Origin: Candidatus Latescibacterota bacterium
GTDB taxonomy: Bacteria; Latescibacterota; UBA2968; SICM01
Reading direction: 5' to 3'
DNA: 64,000 bases
NCBI GenBank assembly: GCA_965217865.1
Contig: CBDCJO010000002.1
Span: forward strand, 1,312,001-1,376,000
The notes under the pieces are model-generated. The model was not told the origin of the DNA. It made no database searches and was given only the letters and a program-made list of their open reading frames with translations. This document shows, piece after piece, positions 28,538 through 38,792 of the stretch (position 1 is its first letter; each line of letters begins with the position of its first letter). Both the position numbers and the translations under genes were made by a program.

Positions 28538-30063
28538 CAGCCTGTTGAAAAAGTGCGTTTATGCCAAGATGACTGTTGTCTTTCCTTGTGGTTTGGTCCT
28601 ATGATATATCAGGTTCAAACTGAGAAGGGAGGACGAGCAAATGGCAATGGGAAAACGAGGACGACAGAGACAGGAAAACCTGTTCATCGCATCGAACACT
28701 TTGGTGAAATCTCCGGGTCATCCGTTCTACGAGAAGCTGAATCAGGTATTGGGGGCGAACGGCTTCGACGAGTTCGTCGAGGGGCTTTGCCAGCGGTATT
28801 ACGCTCCTCATATGGGTCGCAAGGGCATTCCGCCCGGGGTTTATTTTCGGATGCTTTTGATTGGGTATTTCGAGGGACTTGATTCGGAACGTGGGATCGA
28901 ATGGCGTGTATCTGACTCGCTGACGTTGCGCCGGTTTTTGGGGTATGCCCTTGACGAACAGACCCCGGATCATTCCAGCCTGTCTCGCATCCGGCATCGG
29001 CTTCCCTTGGAAGTTCACGAAGCGGTTTTCAAGTGGATCCTGAGGGTCTTGTGCAAAGCGGGTCTGGTGAAGGGGAAGACGTTGGGCGTGGATGCTACGA
29101 CACTGGAGGCCAACGCCGCGATGCGCAGCATTGTACGCCGTGACACGGGTGAAGGCTACCAGGCATTCCTTGAGAATCTGGCCAAGGCCTCGGGCATTGA
29201 AACGCCTACCCGCGAGGACTTGTCCAAGATCGATAAGAAGCGACCGAAGAAGGGATCGAACCAGGACTGGGAGCACCCGCACGACCCGGATGCCAAGATC
29301 GCTAAGATGAAGGACGGTCGCACGCACATGGCGCACAAGGTGGAGCACGCGGTGGATCTGGACACCAATGCCATTGTGGCAGTGGCGTTGTCGGGAGCAG
29401 ATGAAGGAGATACCGAGTCGTTGCCCTGGACGCTGCTCGAGGCGCAGCTCAATCTCAAGCAGGTCGCGAAGGACGAAAAAGCTGCCAAACGTTTGCACAG
29501 ACAGCGTATACGGGAGGTGGTTGCGGACAAAGGATATCATAGCAACGATGTATTGACCAGTCTGAAGCAAGGCGGCATCCGGAGTTACATTTCAGAACCG
29601 GATCGGGGACGCCGCAAGTGGAACGGCCGACGAGATGAGCAGGCCGCGGTATATGCGAATCGACGCCGGATCAAGGGAGATCGCGGCAAGGCCTTGCGCC
29701 GAAGTCGTGCAGAACGGGTGGAAAGAACCATCGCTCACACATATGATACCGGTGGCATGCGCAGGTTGCACTTGAGAGACCGCGGCAATATCCTCAAGCG
29801 TTTGCTGATCCACATCGGGGGCTGCAACCTGGCTCTGCTCATGCGCAAAGTGATGGGCGTAGGTACTCCGAAGGCCCTCCAGGACCTGGCCAAGGCCTTG
29901 CAGCGTCTACTGCTCGTCCTACAATCACGTTTGCTGCCCTCGGTCACCTTTTTAACCTCTTATCAGCGTCTCCTGCTCAATCTCCTTACCTTGATTTATC
30001 TGACCCGCACTCCAGGCGTCTTTTCCGTTTATGTGCGTTGAAAGGTAGTTCTTCAACGGGCTG
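28538..30063 (+). mobile_element. IS1182/IS5-like insertion sequence, copy 2 (1526 bp)
   Basis: Same TIRs as copy 1; flanks CTAC and ATAG. Confidence 0.95.
28641..30041 (+). CDS. DDE transposase
   Basis: Protein identical to copy 1. Confidence 0.95.
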   Translation: MAMGKRGRQRQENLFIASNTLVKSPGHPFYEKLNQVLGANGFDEFVEGLCQRYYAPHMGRKGIPPGVYFRMLLIGYFEGLDSERGIEWRVSDSLTLRRFLGYALDEQTPDHSSLSRIRHRLPLEVHEAVFKWILRVLCKAGLVKGKTLGVDATTLEANAAMRSIVRRDTGEGYQAFLENLAKASGIETPTREDLSKIDKKRPKKGSNQDWEHPHDPDAKIAKMKDGRTHMAHKVEHAVDLDTNAIVAVALSGADEGDTESLPWTLLEAQLNLKQVAKDEKAAKRLHRQRIREVVADKGYHSNDVLTSLKQGGIRSYISEPDRGRRKWNGRRDEQAAVYANRRRIKGDRGKALRRSRAERVERTIAHTYDTGGMRRLHLRDRGNILKRLLIHIGGCNLALLMRKVMGVGTPKALQDLAKALQRLLLVLQSRLLPSVTFLTSYQRLLLNLLTLIYLTRTPGVFSVYVR

Positions 30064-30302
30064 ATAGGTGGTCGAGATGACAATGGCTCAGAATAACCGC
30101 ACAAAGGGGAAGTTGCCCGATCCTGTCGAAATCCGGGAGACCTTCATAACCGATACGTCGAGGATGAAACCCCGCGTCCAGCATAACGGCGGCCCCCTCC
30201 ATATCGATCAGGTAGGAATTCGCCCCGATCTCATCACCCCCGCCCAGAACCGTAAACTTCAAGTCAGACCGCCCCTTCGTTTTGCCGGACTGTGTTGTAC
30301 AC

Positions 30303-31262
30303 TCACTGAACCTTGTATCCCAGCCGTTTGTCGACAACGTTTAGCAGTGGTTCTCCCTTCGCGAACCGTCTCATATTCTCTACGAGAACGCGGTCCATGT
30401 TCCCGTATCCCTCCGGTGACAGACCTGCGACGTGAGATGTAACGACCACATTGGGCATGTCCCAGAGCGGGCTGTCTTCTGGAAGCGGCTCCTTCTCGAA
30501 AACGTCCAGCCCTGCTCCTGCGATTTCGCCTTCCCGCAACGCCGCGATCAGATCAGCCTCGACCACGATTGAACCCCGCGCAATGTTGATCAGGTAAGCG
30601 GTCCGCTTCATCATCGAGAGTCTTTCACGGTTTACCATCCCTCGGGTCTTCTCCGTAAGTGGCAGCCCGACGACGATGGCGTCGGATTCCCGAAAAACGA
30701 AACTGATGTCCTCCGGCCCGAAAACCTCATCGACCCCTTCGGGGGGGGATTTCACCTGCGCGTCCAGCGCGATCACCCGCATTCCGAAGGGTTTGGCCCG
30801 TCGGGCTACAGCCATGCCGATGCTTCCAAGTCCAAGCACTCCAACGGTCTTCCCCGCCAGTTGCTGCACCGGAATTTTACGGTTCCAGCCTCGCCTCAGC
30901 TGCAAGTCGTGATACGTCCTCATTTGACGGGTCAGCGAGAGCAGCAGGGTCAATGCATGATCGGCCATAGCCGCATCGAGAGCCCCAGCCGTGTTCGTAA
31001 TGATAACATCGCTGTCGATCATCTCCGAATAGAGCATGGTCTCGAATCCCACCCCGATGCTCTGCACCCATCTCAGCTTCCGGGCCTTAAGGAAAAACGC
31101 CTTGGGCAGCCGGCCGTACACCGCGTCGGCATTCGCAATCTCCGCCTGAATCAGCTCCGGCTCTTTGGCCAGAACCAGGTTGTATTCCGGGACCTGGCGC
31201 CTGATTCGATCCGCCATCCCCGGCTCGTTCTCCCAGATCATAAGCAGCTTCAACTTGGGCAT
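30303..31262 (-). CDS. D-2-hydroxyacid dehydrogenase
   Basis: GVLGLGSIG, LINIARG, AGLDVFEKEPLP, SHVAG. Confidence 0.93.
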   Translation of the reverse strand: MPKLKLLMIWENEPGMADRIRRQVPEYNLVLAKEPELIQAEIANADAVYGRLPKAFFLKARKLRWVQSIGVGFETMLYSEMIDSDVIITNTAGALDAAMADHALTLLLSLTRQMRTYHDLQLRRGWNRKIPVQQLAGKTVGVLGLGSIGMAVARRAKPFGMRVIALDAQVKSPPEGVDEVFGPEDISFVFRESDAIVVGLPLTEKTRGMVNRERLSMMKRTAYLINIARGSIVVEADLIAALREGEIAGAGLDVFEKEPLPEDSPLWDMPNVVVTSHVAGLSPEGYGNMDRVLVENMRRFAKGEPLLNVVDKRLGYKVQ

Positions 31263-31441
31263 GCCCTCGCTCCTTTACTGAGAATTTCTGGGTGAGTTAT
31301 ATTTTATCCGATTTGGGATGCATCTGCAGCGTTGATTCTCCGCGTGGACGTTTCGTTCCTAAACCAAAGGGGGAGAGTAGGCTTTGGGGATTAAGAAGTA
31401 CCGCGCGACCAAGCCCTTTCCCGATCTAACCTTTTACCGAC

Positions 31442-31580
31442 ATGAATTTTTTCGATAGCAACTGCATGCTTGGCCCATCGCGGAGTGCATGGCCGCTGTT
31501 CCGTTGCAGACGTACAGCGCGTACTTCACGCCCATGCCTTTGGGCGCCTGAATAGCCCAAAGACTCGCAGCGTATCCTGA
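31442..31580 (+). pseudogene. Possible decayed amidohydrolase N-terminal remnant
   Basis: MNFFDSNCMLG then, in another frame, VLHAHAFGRLNSP; resemblance by eye only. Confidence 0.35.
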
Positions 31581-31722
31581 TTTCCAGCAACGACAATTTA
31601 CGCCATCGGCTGCGGGGATCAAACACTTTATCGCATACAAAGGAATTGCATTGAACCACGCTGTGCATTCATATATATTTATTCGCTCCCCTCCACACTC
31701 CTAAAATCCTCCTGCGTGTATT

Positions 31723-33108
31723 GTGACCGTTCTCTTCAAAAAGAAAGTCCTCGTGATGGGTCTGGGCCTCTTCGGCGGGGGACTGGGCGTGACCCGGTTT
31801 CTCGCCAGGGAAGGTGCTCGGGTCACCGTGACCGATCTCAGGTCTGAAGAGGACCTCAGGGAGTCCGTCGAGGCCCTGAAGGGCCTGCCGGTTTCATTGA
31901 AATTGGGGGGCCACGACGAAGCCGATTTTCTGGCGGCCGACCTGATCGTGGCCAACCCCGCCGTTCCCCGCCACTCAGACTACCTGTCCCTGGCCGAACG
32001 CACGGGCGTACCTGTGACCACTGAGATCAACCTTTTTTTCGAGCGCTGCCGAGGCCGCATCATGGGCATCACGGGGAGCAGCGGGAAGACCACCACGACA
32101 CTGCTGGCAGGCGAGATCCTTCGCAGGGCTTACCCGGAAACGCACGTGGGAGGAAACCTGGGCCGCCCCCTGATCGAGGAGGTCGACGGGATCTCCCCTG
32201 ATGCCCCGGTGATCCTGGAGCTCTCCAGTTTCCAGCTTGACCGTCTGCGCGACCTGGACCGGAGTCCCAACATCTCCATCATCACCAATTTTTCCCCGAA
32301 CCACATCGATATACACGGATCCCTCGAGGCTTATCGTACCGCAAAGCAGGGAATCCTTGAACACCAGCTGCAGGAGGACTTGGCCATCTTGAACGCCGAC
32401 GATCCAGAAGTGGCCGGTTGGACGGATCTCTGTCGCGGGAGTATTCACCGATTCAGCGGAATTGCCCCAGTGGAACGGGGCGTGTTTCTTCGAGATGGAC
32501 AGATCCAGGGGGCGACGGACAATGGGATCGTTCCGATCTGTCAGGCAGATGAGCTCCAGCTTCCCGGGGCGCACAACCTTTCAAACGCCCTCGCAGCGAC
32601 GACTGCAGGGATCGCGATGCACGTTGACCTCGATCTTCTGGCCGACACCCTTCGGACCTTCGAAGGGGCGGAACATCGCCTCGAATTCGTAACGGAAATC
32701 GACGGGGTTCACTTTGTCAACGACTCCATTGCGACCTCTCCAGACCGATCCGTCGCTGCCCTCCTGGCCTTTGATCAACCGATCCTCCTGATCGCCGGGG
32801 GATACGATAAGAAGATCCCCTTTGATGCCCTCGGTCCCATCGTTGCTGAAAGAGTCAGAAGCGTTTTCCTGATCGGTGCGACCACAGAGCAGATTGCCGG
32901 AGTCATCGAGGGGCAAAGGGGGCCCACAACCATCCATCGATGTGGCTCCCTTGAGGAGGCCATCGATGCGGCTGCCGGAGAGGCTCGTTCGGGAGAGGTC
33001 GTCCTCCTCTCCCCCGCCTGCGCCAGCTACGGTATGTTCCGAAATTTCGAAGAGCGGGGAAAGAGATTCAAGGAACGGGTGAAGGAAATCGGAAAAACCA
33101 GGAGATAG
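31723..33108 (+). CDS. murD: UDP-MurNAc-L-Ala--D-glutamate ligase
   Basis: GITGSSGKTTT, GGNLG, ELSSFQL, HRLEFV, NDSIAT, LSPACAS..F.NFEERG. Confidence 0.95.
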   Translation: MTVLFKKKVLVMGLGLFGGGLGVTRFLAREGARVTVTDLRSEEDLRESVEALKGLPVSLKLGGHDEADFLAADLIVANPAVPRHSDYLSLAERTGVPVTTEINLFFERCRGRIMGITGSSGKTTTTLLAGEILRRAYPETHVGGNLGRPLIEEVDGISPDAPVILELSSFQLDRLRDLDRSPNISIITNFSPNHIDIHGSLEAYRTAKQGILEHQLQEDLAILNADDPEVAGWTDLCRGSIHRFSGIAPVERGVFLRDGQIQGATDNGIVPICQADELQLPGAHNLSNALAATTAGIAMHVDLDLLADTLRTFEGAEHRLEFVTEIDGVHFVNDSIATSPDRSVAALLAFDQPILLIAGGYDKKIPFDALGPIVAERVRSVFLIGATTEQIAGVIEGQRGPTTIHRCGSLEEAIDAAAGEARSGEVVLLSPACASYGMFRNFEERGKRFKERVKEIGKTRR

Positions 33109-33165
33109 GAACCAGAATCGAGAATGAAGTCTGAAGTCCAGCGTCCGAAGTCGAAGGTGAAAACC
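33109..33165 (+). repeat. Degenerate heptamer array after the murD stop
   Basis: ACCAGAA TCGAGAA TGAAGTC TGAAGTC CAGCGTC CGAAGTC. Confidence 0.65.
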
Positions 33166-33197
33166 AAATCTTTTGACACAAGACTCCGGAAGGTACC

Positions 33198-35090
33198 ATG
33201 CATACGATCATCGGCACGGCGGGTCATATCGACCACGGAAAGACAGCCCTCATTCGTGCACTGACGGGTCGCGACACCGACACCCTCCCGGAGGAAAAGG
33301 CGCGAGAAATCACGATCGACATCGGTTTCGCCTATTGGAAAGAGGGGCTGACCGTCATCGATGTCCCGGGCCACGAGCGTTTCGTCAAGAACATGGTGGC
33401 CGGCGTCAGCGCGATCGACCTGGCCCTGTTTGTCGTTGCGGCCGACGATGGTCCCATGCCCCAGAGCCGGGAGCATCTCGATATCCTGGACCTCCTGGGT
33501 ATCCGGAGGGGGGTTGTGGCCTTAACGAAAACCGACCTCGTGGATTCAGAATGGCTCGAACTCGTGACGGAGGAGGTGCGAAAGCTCACGCGCGGTTCCT
33601 TCCTGGAAAATGCGCCCATCCACGCGGTCTCTTCCGCGACGGGGGAGGGAATTCCGGACCTGGAGCGCGGCATCATGGAGGCCGTCGAACTCCCTGTACC
33701 GAAACCAGACCGGGGAATCTTCCGGCTCCCGATCGATCGTTCGTTTTCGATCCGGGGTTTCGGGACCGTGGTCACCGGGACCGTAATTTCGGGTCGCGTT
33801 CATCCAGAGGACGAGGTGGAGCTTCATCCAGCCGGAAGACGGCTCCGGGTACGGGGGGTCCAGCACCACGAACAGGACGTGGAGGCTGCTTCAATCGGTG
33901 ATCGTGCAGCCCTCAACCTGGCGGACGTCGAGAAGGAGGAGGTGACTCGAGGGGATATCCTCGGAGAGCCAGGATGGTTCACTCCGACCGTGCGGTTCGA
34001 TGCCCGCCTCCGGTTACTTTCATCCTGTCCCGTCCCGTTGAAGAATCGAACACGCATCCGCCTCCACGTGGGTACGGCCGAAGTGATGGCCCGAATCGTG
34101 TTTCTGGATCACGAGACCCTTCACCCGGGAGAATCCGTGCTTGGACAGCTCCGCCTGGAGGCCCCGGCTGTGGTTTCCCCCGGCGACCGATTGGTATTTC
34201 GACGTTATTCTCCAGCCATCACACTCGGCGGGGGCGTGGTGCTGGATGCCCATCCCCCCCGCCACAAGACCGGGGATGCGACCGCACGCCTTGCACTCCA
34301 GGGGATGGAATCGGACGATTTTGAGGAAGTCCTGAAGGCCCGTCTGACCCTTTCGAGAACAGACGCCAGGTCCGCGCAGATGCTCGCCGTCGAGGTCGGT
34401 TCCGAGAAATCTCAGATCGTTGATGCCCTGGATCGGCTGGTCGAATCCCAAAAGGCGGTCCGCCTTGACCACGGGGATGGATGGTTCCTGTCCTCTGAGA
34501 ATTGGGAGAAAGTCCTTCTTGGAATTACCGATGCCCTCTCAAAGTTCCACCAAAACAAACCCCTCAAAGGAGGATTGAATCGGGACGAACTCAGACAGGC
34601 CGTCCCCGAAAACCTGGATCATGATCTGTTCGAGATCGCCCTTCGGGGCCTGATCCGGGATGGTAAACTCAAAGCAACCGGACCCATCCTCAGTCTCTCT
34701 GCCCACCGGATCAGCCTCTCCCCGGCGCAGGAGGTCATCCGTTCTGCTGTCGGAAACCTGCTCGCGGCCGGGCTTGCGACTCCGCCTGTTCTTGACGAGA
34801 TCCTCAGGAATCTCTCCGAGAAACCCGGGGCAGTCCACGATGTCATCGAAGCGATGCAGGATCTGGGAGAAGTGGTCCGTGCGGATTCGGATATCGTGTT
34901 CCATTGTTCGGTCATCGACGACCTCAGAGACAGACTCGTGGCCTATCTCCGCGAAAACGGGGAGATCACCGTCGCGAATTTTCGTACACTGGCCAAAACC
35001 ACCCGGAAATACGCGCTGCCCTTGATCAACCTGTTCGACAACGAAGGACTCACCATACGCAAAGGCGACGTACGCATCCTCGCGAAATAA
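33198..35090 (+). CDS. selB: Selenocysteine-specific elongation factor
   Basis: [28 protein letters not shown]-terminal winged helix TRKYALP. Confidence 0.95.
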   Translation: MHTIIGTAGHIDHGKTALIRALTGRDTDTLPEEKAREITIDIGFAYWKEGLTVIDVPGHERFVKNMVAGVSAIDLALFVVAADDGPMPQSREHLDILDLLGIRRGVVALTKTDLVDSEWLELVTEEVRKLTRGSFLENAPIHAVSSATGEGIPDLERGIMEAVELPVPKPDRGIFRLPIDRSFSIRGFGTVVTGTVISGRVHPEDEVELHPAGRRLRVRGVQHHEQDVEAASIGDRAALNLADVEKEEVTRGDILGEPGWFTPTVRFDARLRLLSSCPVPLKNRTRIRLHVGTAEVMARIVFLDHETLHPGESVLGQLRLEAPAVVSPGDRLVFRRYSPAITLGGGVVLDAHPPRHKTGDATARLALQGMESDDFEEVLKARLTLSRTDARSAQMLAVEVGSEKSQIVDALDRLVESQKAVRLDHGDGWFLSSENWEKVLLGITDALSKFHQNKPLKGGLNRDELRQAVPENLDHDLFEIALRGLIRDGKLKATGPILSLSAHRISLSPAQEVIRSAVGNLLAAGLATPPVLDEILRNLSEKPGAVHDVIEAMQDLGEVVRADSDIVFHCSVIDDLRDRLVAYLRENGEITVANFRTLAKTTRKYALPLINLFDNEGLTIRKGDVRILAK

Positions 35091-35148
35091 AGCAGCAGCA
35101 TCACTTTCATTTGCACTTTGTTTTTTTGCATTTCCTCAGGAGCTTCCC

Positions 35149-36240
35149 ATGCCATCCCCACGCGTCACCATCCTCGGCGGAGGGAACACCGCCTTCTCCG
35201 CAGCAGCCAATCTGACCCTTCACGGCGTGGAGGTAACCCTCTGCGAGATTGCGGGCTTCGAATCGGCGGTCGCCCCCATTCGACAGTCCCGGGAGATCCA
35301 TCTGGATGGCGTGGCCTCAAAAGGCCTCGCCAAACTCCATAGCGTCACGTCGGACTTCGGCCAGGCCCTGGCCTTCAGCGATCTCATCCTGCTCATCGTC
35401 CCGGCCTATGCCCACAAACCGTTTGCCGAGGCGTGCGCTCCCCACCTCAAGGCGGGTCAGACCGTGGTCCTGATGCCCGGCACCCTGGGCGCTCTGGAAT
35501 TCGCACGAATCATTCGGGAGAAGGGATGTTCCGGAGTCACGGTCGGAGAGGTCGATACGGCACCCTATGTCTGCCGTAAAGTCGGCCCCGACCGGGGCCA
35601 CATCTGGGGCGTGGTCAACGGTCTGGGCCTTGGGGTCCTCCCTTCGAAAGAAACGGACCGCATCCTTGAGATGCTCTCTCCGCTCTTTCCCGGGATCACA
35701 GCGTACCCCAACGTCATGGCCTCAGGCCTAGGGGCTATGAACCCCGTCGTCCATCCGGCGGGCGTTTTGATGAATGCAGGTCGAATTGAATACTCAAAGG
35801 GTGAGTTCTATTTCTACGAGGAGGGCGTCACACCGGGTGTCGTTTCTGTGATCATGCAGGTCGATTTCGAACGGCGGGAAATCGGAAAGGGCTTCGGTCT
35901 GGACCTGTGTCCGGTGGACGAGGGCTTTTACAGGGCGGGATTCGGCCCCAAAGGGGACCTCTGGGCGACGATCAACGGAAGCCGAATGTTGACCCAACTG
36001 AAGGCCCCCGGCAGCCTGGAAAGCCGGTGGCTGACCGAAGACGTCCCCTACGGCCTGGCGGCCTGGACTTCCGTGGCCGAACAATATGATGTGGAGGCCC
36101 CCACGATGTCTGCCCTGGTGGACATCGGATCGATCGTGATCGGATTCGATGCTAGGGAAAAAGGACGCGGCGTGAGAGACCTTGGGATCGAAGGAATGAA
36201 CCCGGACGAATTGGCGACCTATCTGAAGGAGGGAAAATGA
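35149..36240 (+). CDS. NAD/NADP octopine/nopaline (opine) dehydrogenase family protein
   Basis: LGGGNTA Rossmann motif, NPVVHP, FYFYEEG, RWLTEDVPYGL. Confidence 0.9.
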   Translation: MPSPRVTILGGGNTAFSAAANLTLHGVEVTLCEIAGFESAVAPIRQSREIHLDGVASKGLAKLHSVTSDFGQALAFSDLILLIVPAYAHKPFAEACAPHLKAGQTVVLMPGTLGALEFARIIREKGCSGVTVGEVDTAPYVCRKVGPDRGHIWGVVNGLGLGVLPSKETDRILEMLSPLFPGITAYPNVMASGLGAMNPVVHPAGVLMNAGRIEYSKGEFYFYEEGVTPGVVSVIMQVDFERREIGKGFGLDLCPVDEGFYRAGFGPKGDLWATINGSRMLTQLKAPGSLESRWLTEDVPYGLAAWTSVAEQYDVEAPTMSALVDIGSIVIGFDAREKGRGVRDLGIEGMNPDELATYLKEGK

Positions 36241-36746
36241 ATCCCGTCGATTCTGATCCTCTTGCAAGGATAGAAAAGGCGATCGCCTCCCTGCCCCGCT
36301 GGAGGCGCTGGTGGGCAGAGAAGTCTTTTCAAAAACGGCGGGACGGCTGGCTGACCATCCTGAACGCATACTCCAATGTCGAAATGGTGGTTTGCGGACG
36401 CTTTCAGACCCCCACCGCCGACTGGCAACCGGGACTCCTTGTCGCTACGGACCGGAGCCTCCTTTTCTTCTGGTTCTACTTGAGCGCGATGGACGTTCAA
36501 CCGGAATACGTCGACACGGGAACGGAGGCCGGGGACGTCGCCGTCCCGGATCTGGGCACCTGGGAAACCTCCTATGCCAGCATAACGTCTGTCACGGCTG
36601 AACGGGGCTGGTTCGACGCAACGCGCATCTTGCTTCAGATCGGACCCACCAAACGTCCGGTGATGGCCATCTCTCCCCGGTCAGGCGCAATGCCCTTCTA
36701 CCATCTGATCCGGTCCCGTCTGACGGACCAGGCTGACAAAACATAG
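36237..36746 (+). CDS. Hypothetical protein
   Basis: ATGA overlap with the upstream stop, GGAGG RBS. Confidence 0.6.
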   Translation: MNPVDSDPLARIEKAIASLPRWRRWWAEKSFQKRRDGWLTILNAYSNVEMVVCGRFQTPTADWQPGLLVATDRSLLFFWFYLSAMDVQPEYVDTGTEAGDVAVPDLGTWETSYASITSVTAERGWFDATRILLQIGPTKRPVMAISPRSGAMPFYHLIRSRLTDQADKT

Positions 36747-36824
36747 ACATCTCCCGCAGATCCACATCAGAATCCCGTGCGACCCGGGACTCGCCCCATA
36801 CACGCTAATATGGAGTTTTCAATT

Positions 36825-37613
36825 TCATTTTGCATTTTGCTCTTTCCCCGATCCCCCGCTCTTCCTCACTCTATTGATCGCACTCGCGGCCATGCCGGCT
36901 CCAAACCCGTTGTCGATATTCACCACCGTGACGCCCGCAGCACAGGTGTTGAGCATGCCCAGAAGGGCAGCTATCCCGCCAAAGCTCGCACCATAACCCA
37001 CGCTGGTCGGCACCGCGATCACCGGAACATCCACCAGCCCCCCCACCACACTGGGCAGCGCGCCTTCCATCCCCGCAACGACCACGATCACATTCGCCAA
37101 AGACAGAGCCTCCCTGTGGGCGAGAAGCCGGTGAATGCCCGCCACCCCAACGTCGTAGAGCCGTTCGACCCGGTTGCCCATGGCATCCGCAGTGACTGCC
37201 GCCTCTTCAGCAACGGGAAGGTCAGAAGTGCCTGCGGAGATCACAAGGACCGTCCCGGAGGTCTGCGGGAGGGCCTCCTTCGATCGGATCAGGACGGTCC
37301 GACCCATCTCGTTCACCTCCGCCTCGGGTAAGGCCGCTTTCAGGGTCTCCCGTGCCTCTTGATCCGCCCGGGTCGCGAGCATCGTCACACCCGCGCCGGC
37401 GATCCTGGCTGCGATCTCCACGATCTGGTCGATCGATTTGCCCTCACAGAACACGACCTCAGGGAAACCCTGTCGGAGGGACCGGTGATGGTCCAGGGTG
37501 GCGAACCCCAGGTCCTCGAACGGCATCGCCTTAAGCGACGCGACCCCTTCCTCGACGCTGATCTGCCCGTCCTTGATCTGTTGTAAAAGATCTTTTATGC
37601 GTTCGGGGGACAA
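36825..37613 (-). CDS. larB: Nickel-pincer cofactor biosynthesis protein LarB (PurE-like)
   Basis: GFPEVVFCEGK, AGTSDLPVAEEA, DVGVAGIHR, VPTSVGYG, NIDNGFGA. Confidence 0.93.
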   Translation of the reverse strand: MSPERIKDLLQQIKDGQISVEEGVASLKAMPFEDLGFATLDHHRSLRQGFPEVVFCEGKSIDQIVEIAARIAGAGVTMLATRADQEARETLKAALPEAEVNEMGRTVLIRSKEALPQTSGTVLVISAGTSDLPVAEEAAVTADAMGNRVERLYDVGVAGIHRLLAHREALSLANVIVVVAGMEGALPSVVGGLVDVPVIAVPTSVGYGASFGGIAALLGMLNTCAAGVTVVNIDNGFGAGMAASAINRVRKSGGSGKEQNAK

Positions 37614-37684
37614 GGAAACCTCACCAAAGAAAAAAGCTAAATCCGAACCCAGGAACCAAACTTCAGAGTGAAATCACATATGCC

Positions 37685-38689
37685 TTAAGCGTGTCGATTT
37701 GTTTCAACTTTTAATTCCCCCTTCTCTTCCTGTTTTTCGGCCACCTCCCAAAGCATCCTTTCCACCACGTCCGGATCTTCCACCTTCATCATCGCCGCCC
37801 GGATATCCGTGGCGTGCGCCATCCCCTTAATGTAGGCGGAGATATGGCGCCGCATCTCCCGCACCCCGATATGGACCCCCTTCTCCTCGATGCAGAGCCG
37901 GAGATGCCGCACCGCCAGGGCGATTCTGTCCCGGACACCAGGTTCGGGCGGGGCCTCCCGCCCGGCCAATACGGCCTCCGCTCCGCTGAAGATCCAGGGT
38001 TTTCCGATGGCCCCCCGTCCGAGCATTACCATGTCGCATCCAGTCTGTTCGACCATCCGAAGGGCGTCTTCGGCCTTTCTGATGTCACCGTTTCCGACCA
38101 CCGGGATCGAGACAGCCTCCTTCACCCGACGGATGACCTCCCAATCCGCCTCTCCGGAGAAACCCATTGCCCGCGTCCTCCCGTGGACCGCAATCGCCGA
38201 GGCACCGACCTCCTCGGCTGCGCGAGCCACCTCCGTGGCGGAGCTGGAATCATCCCAGCCGCTCCTGATCTTCAAAGTGATCGGTATATCCACCGCTTTC
38301 ACCATAGCGCTGATGATTTGCTTCAGGTGTGGGACATCCTTCAGGAGCGCCGACCCCGCAGACCGGTTGACGATTTTTCGGACCGGGCATCCGCAGTTGA
38401 TGTCGATAACGTCCGGCCGTCGCTCGGCGATCACCTCTGCCCCACCTGCCATGATCTCGGGATCGGAGCCGAATACCTGAACAGCGATCGGGTGTTCGTC
38501 CTCCTTGAAATCCAGGTAGCGGCTCGTGCGCTCCCCCCCCCGGATGAGCCCGTCGGCGCTGACCATCTCCGTCGTGGCATATCCGGCGCCGTATTCCCGA
38601 CAAATCAACCGAAAAGCCCGATCCGTCACCCCGGCTAGCGGCGCAAGGGCGGTAAGGCCTGGAATTTCGACGTTTCCGATTCTAATCAT
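37685..38689 (-). CDS. dusB: tRNA-dihydrouridine synthase B
   Basis: APLAGVTD, DINCGCP, VHGRTR, NGDI, GRGAIGKPW. Confidence 0.93.
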   Translation of the reverse strand: MIRIGNVEIPGLTALAPLAGVTDRAFRLICREYGAGYATTEMVSADGLIRGGERTSRYLDFKEDEHPIAVQVFGSDPEIMAGGAEVIAERRPDVIDINCGCPVRKIVNRSAGSALLKDVPHLKQIISAMVKAVDIPITLKIRSGWDDSSSATEVARAAEEVGASAIAVHGRTRAMGFSGEADWEVIRRVKEAVSIPVVGNGDIRKAEDALRMVEQTGCDMVMLGRGAIGKPWIFSGAEAVLAGREAPPEPGVRDRIALAVRHLRLCIEEKGVHIGVREMRRHISAYIKGMAHATDIRAAMMKVEDPDVVERMLWEVAEKQEEKGELKVETNRHA

Positions 38690-38710
38690 AGGATAAGGAA
38701 GTCTGTTCTA

Positions 38711-38792
38711 AAGTCCGGAGTCCGAGGTCACCCGACCTCTGACCCCTGACTTTTGCATTTTCCATTTTGCATTTCAATTTTCACTTTGCGAT
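38711..38792. repeat. Compound heptamer array containing an inverted-repeat pair
   Basis: AAGTCCG GAGTCCG AGGTC-accc-GACCT CTGACCC CTGACTT then TTGCATT TTCCATT TTGCATT TCAATT TTCACTT. Confidence 0.8.

Larger units (their letters stand above)
27345..30262 (-). pseudogene. MBL-fold beta-CASP ribonuclease, split by IS copy 2 and frameshifted at a C10 run
   Basis: GGGDEIGAN, HCHLDH|LGALP across the IS, AGHILG, YTGD, IPAFALGRTQE (shifted frame), FSAHAD, VHGE. Confidence 0.9.

Noticed and set aside
484-30063. Composite transposon formed by IS pairs
   Set aside because: Copies 1 and 2 each split their own gene, which rejoins cleanly, and copy 3 has its own TSD; these are independent insertions around core genes.
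31370-31425. Possible riboswitch or ncRNA hairpin upstream of the dehydrogenase
   Set aside because: Only a weak imperfect stem, with no recognisable aptamer consensus.
33198-36746. Selenoprotein near selB
   Set aside because: No ORF pair joined by an in-frame TGA at a Cys-like position was seen; the split genes in the window are explained by indels or IS insertion.
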